Part shown: in pieces, positions 63,838-64,000 of the stretch | How the letters are laid out: each line of letters opens with the position of its first letter | How positions within the stretch are numbered: the stretch's first letter is position 1 | Origin: an uncultured Candidatus Saccharibacteria bacterium | GTDB taxonomy: Bacteria; Patescibacteriota; Minisyncoccia; Phycocordibacterales; PALSA-1337 | NCBI GenBank assembly: GCA_964358005.1 | Contig: CAYHNH010000001.1 | Span: forward strand, 11,625 to 75,624 | Direction: 5' to 3' | Length of the DNA stretch: 64,000 nucleotides | Notes under the pieces: model-generated | What the model was told of the DNA's origin: nothing | Databases searched by the model: none | What the model saw: only the letters and a program-made list of their open reading frames with translations | Translations under genes and position numbers: made by a program

Positions 63838-64000
63838 AAAAAAACCCAAACCAATAGTGAAGGACGAGATCGAGGAAATTGTCCCAGCCAAGATAAAAAA
63901 GGAATTCGACCTGGAGGGTCATGAGATATTTCCGGCTGACAAGGTCGTCGAGGAGGTAGAGACACTGGAAGAAACTGCCGAAGGTGAGGAGGCCGAGGAG
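63838..64000 (+). CDS. hypothetical acidic protein (3-prime partial, continues beyond window)
   Basis: GGGGGAG RBS 4 nt before ATG; Glu/Lys-rich N-terminus. Confidence 0.4.

Noticed and set aside
1-64000. CRISPR arrays, rRNA genes, integrases/transposases, restriction-modification or toxin-antitoxin genes
   Set aside because: None found: no regularly spaced short repeats, no rRNA signatures, no recombinase or transposase motifs in any ORF.

Overview
This 64 kb window from a moderate-GC (~50%) bacterial chromosome is almost entirely housekeeping. Tight, overlapping gene spacing, few biosynthetic genes, scattered type IV pilus genes and rplK not followed by rplA suggest a small-genome, possibly Patescibacteria/CPR-like organism; this is inference only. 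Recognisable content: ftsK (partial), efp, recA, the rpsF-ssb-rpsR operon, four aminoacyl-tRNA synthetases (metG, glyQS, ileS, argS), recO, a thymidylate/folate block (glyA, dut, thyA, two HIT-family genes, a dCMP-deaminase fusion, folA, folC, folD), secE-nusG-rplK, queA, a lone class-II ilvC, nine tRNA genes, rplS, rpsT, ruvA/ruvB/ruvC/ruvX, polA, mutM, murE-like and amidase genes, type IV pilus genes (pilin, pilMNO, pilB), and many small hypothetical membrane proteins or lipoproteins. No rRNA, CRISPR, integrase, transposase or restriction-modification genes were seen. Observations beyond routine annotation: (1) ileS carries an in-frame histidine-phosphatase (PGAM-family) domain inside its catalytic core; (2) two ~280 bp non-coding elements of ~85-90% identity lie in inverted orientation 28 kb apart (29251-29538 and 57599-57870); (3) a ~75 bp promoter module with an extended -10 is duplicated upstream of pilB and of a membrane-protein gene that sits next to a tandem-LuxR regulator, which itself has three perfect palindromes upstream; (4) a 52-aa cysteine-rich ORF with an internal CxCGSxK-x5-CC duplication is translationally coupled (TAATG) to folC directly after rplK; (5) GC-rich plus-strand 'island' genes with their own terminators; (6) a GC-rich structured intergenic element with a C-rich loop and a plus-strand terminator between argS and glyA. 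All calls are from reading the sequence and ORF track; no searches were run.
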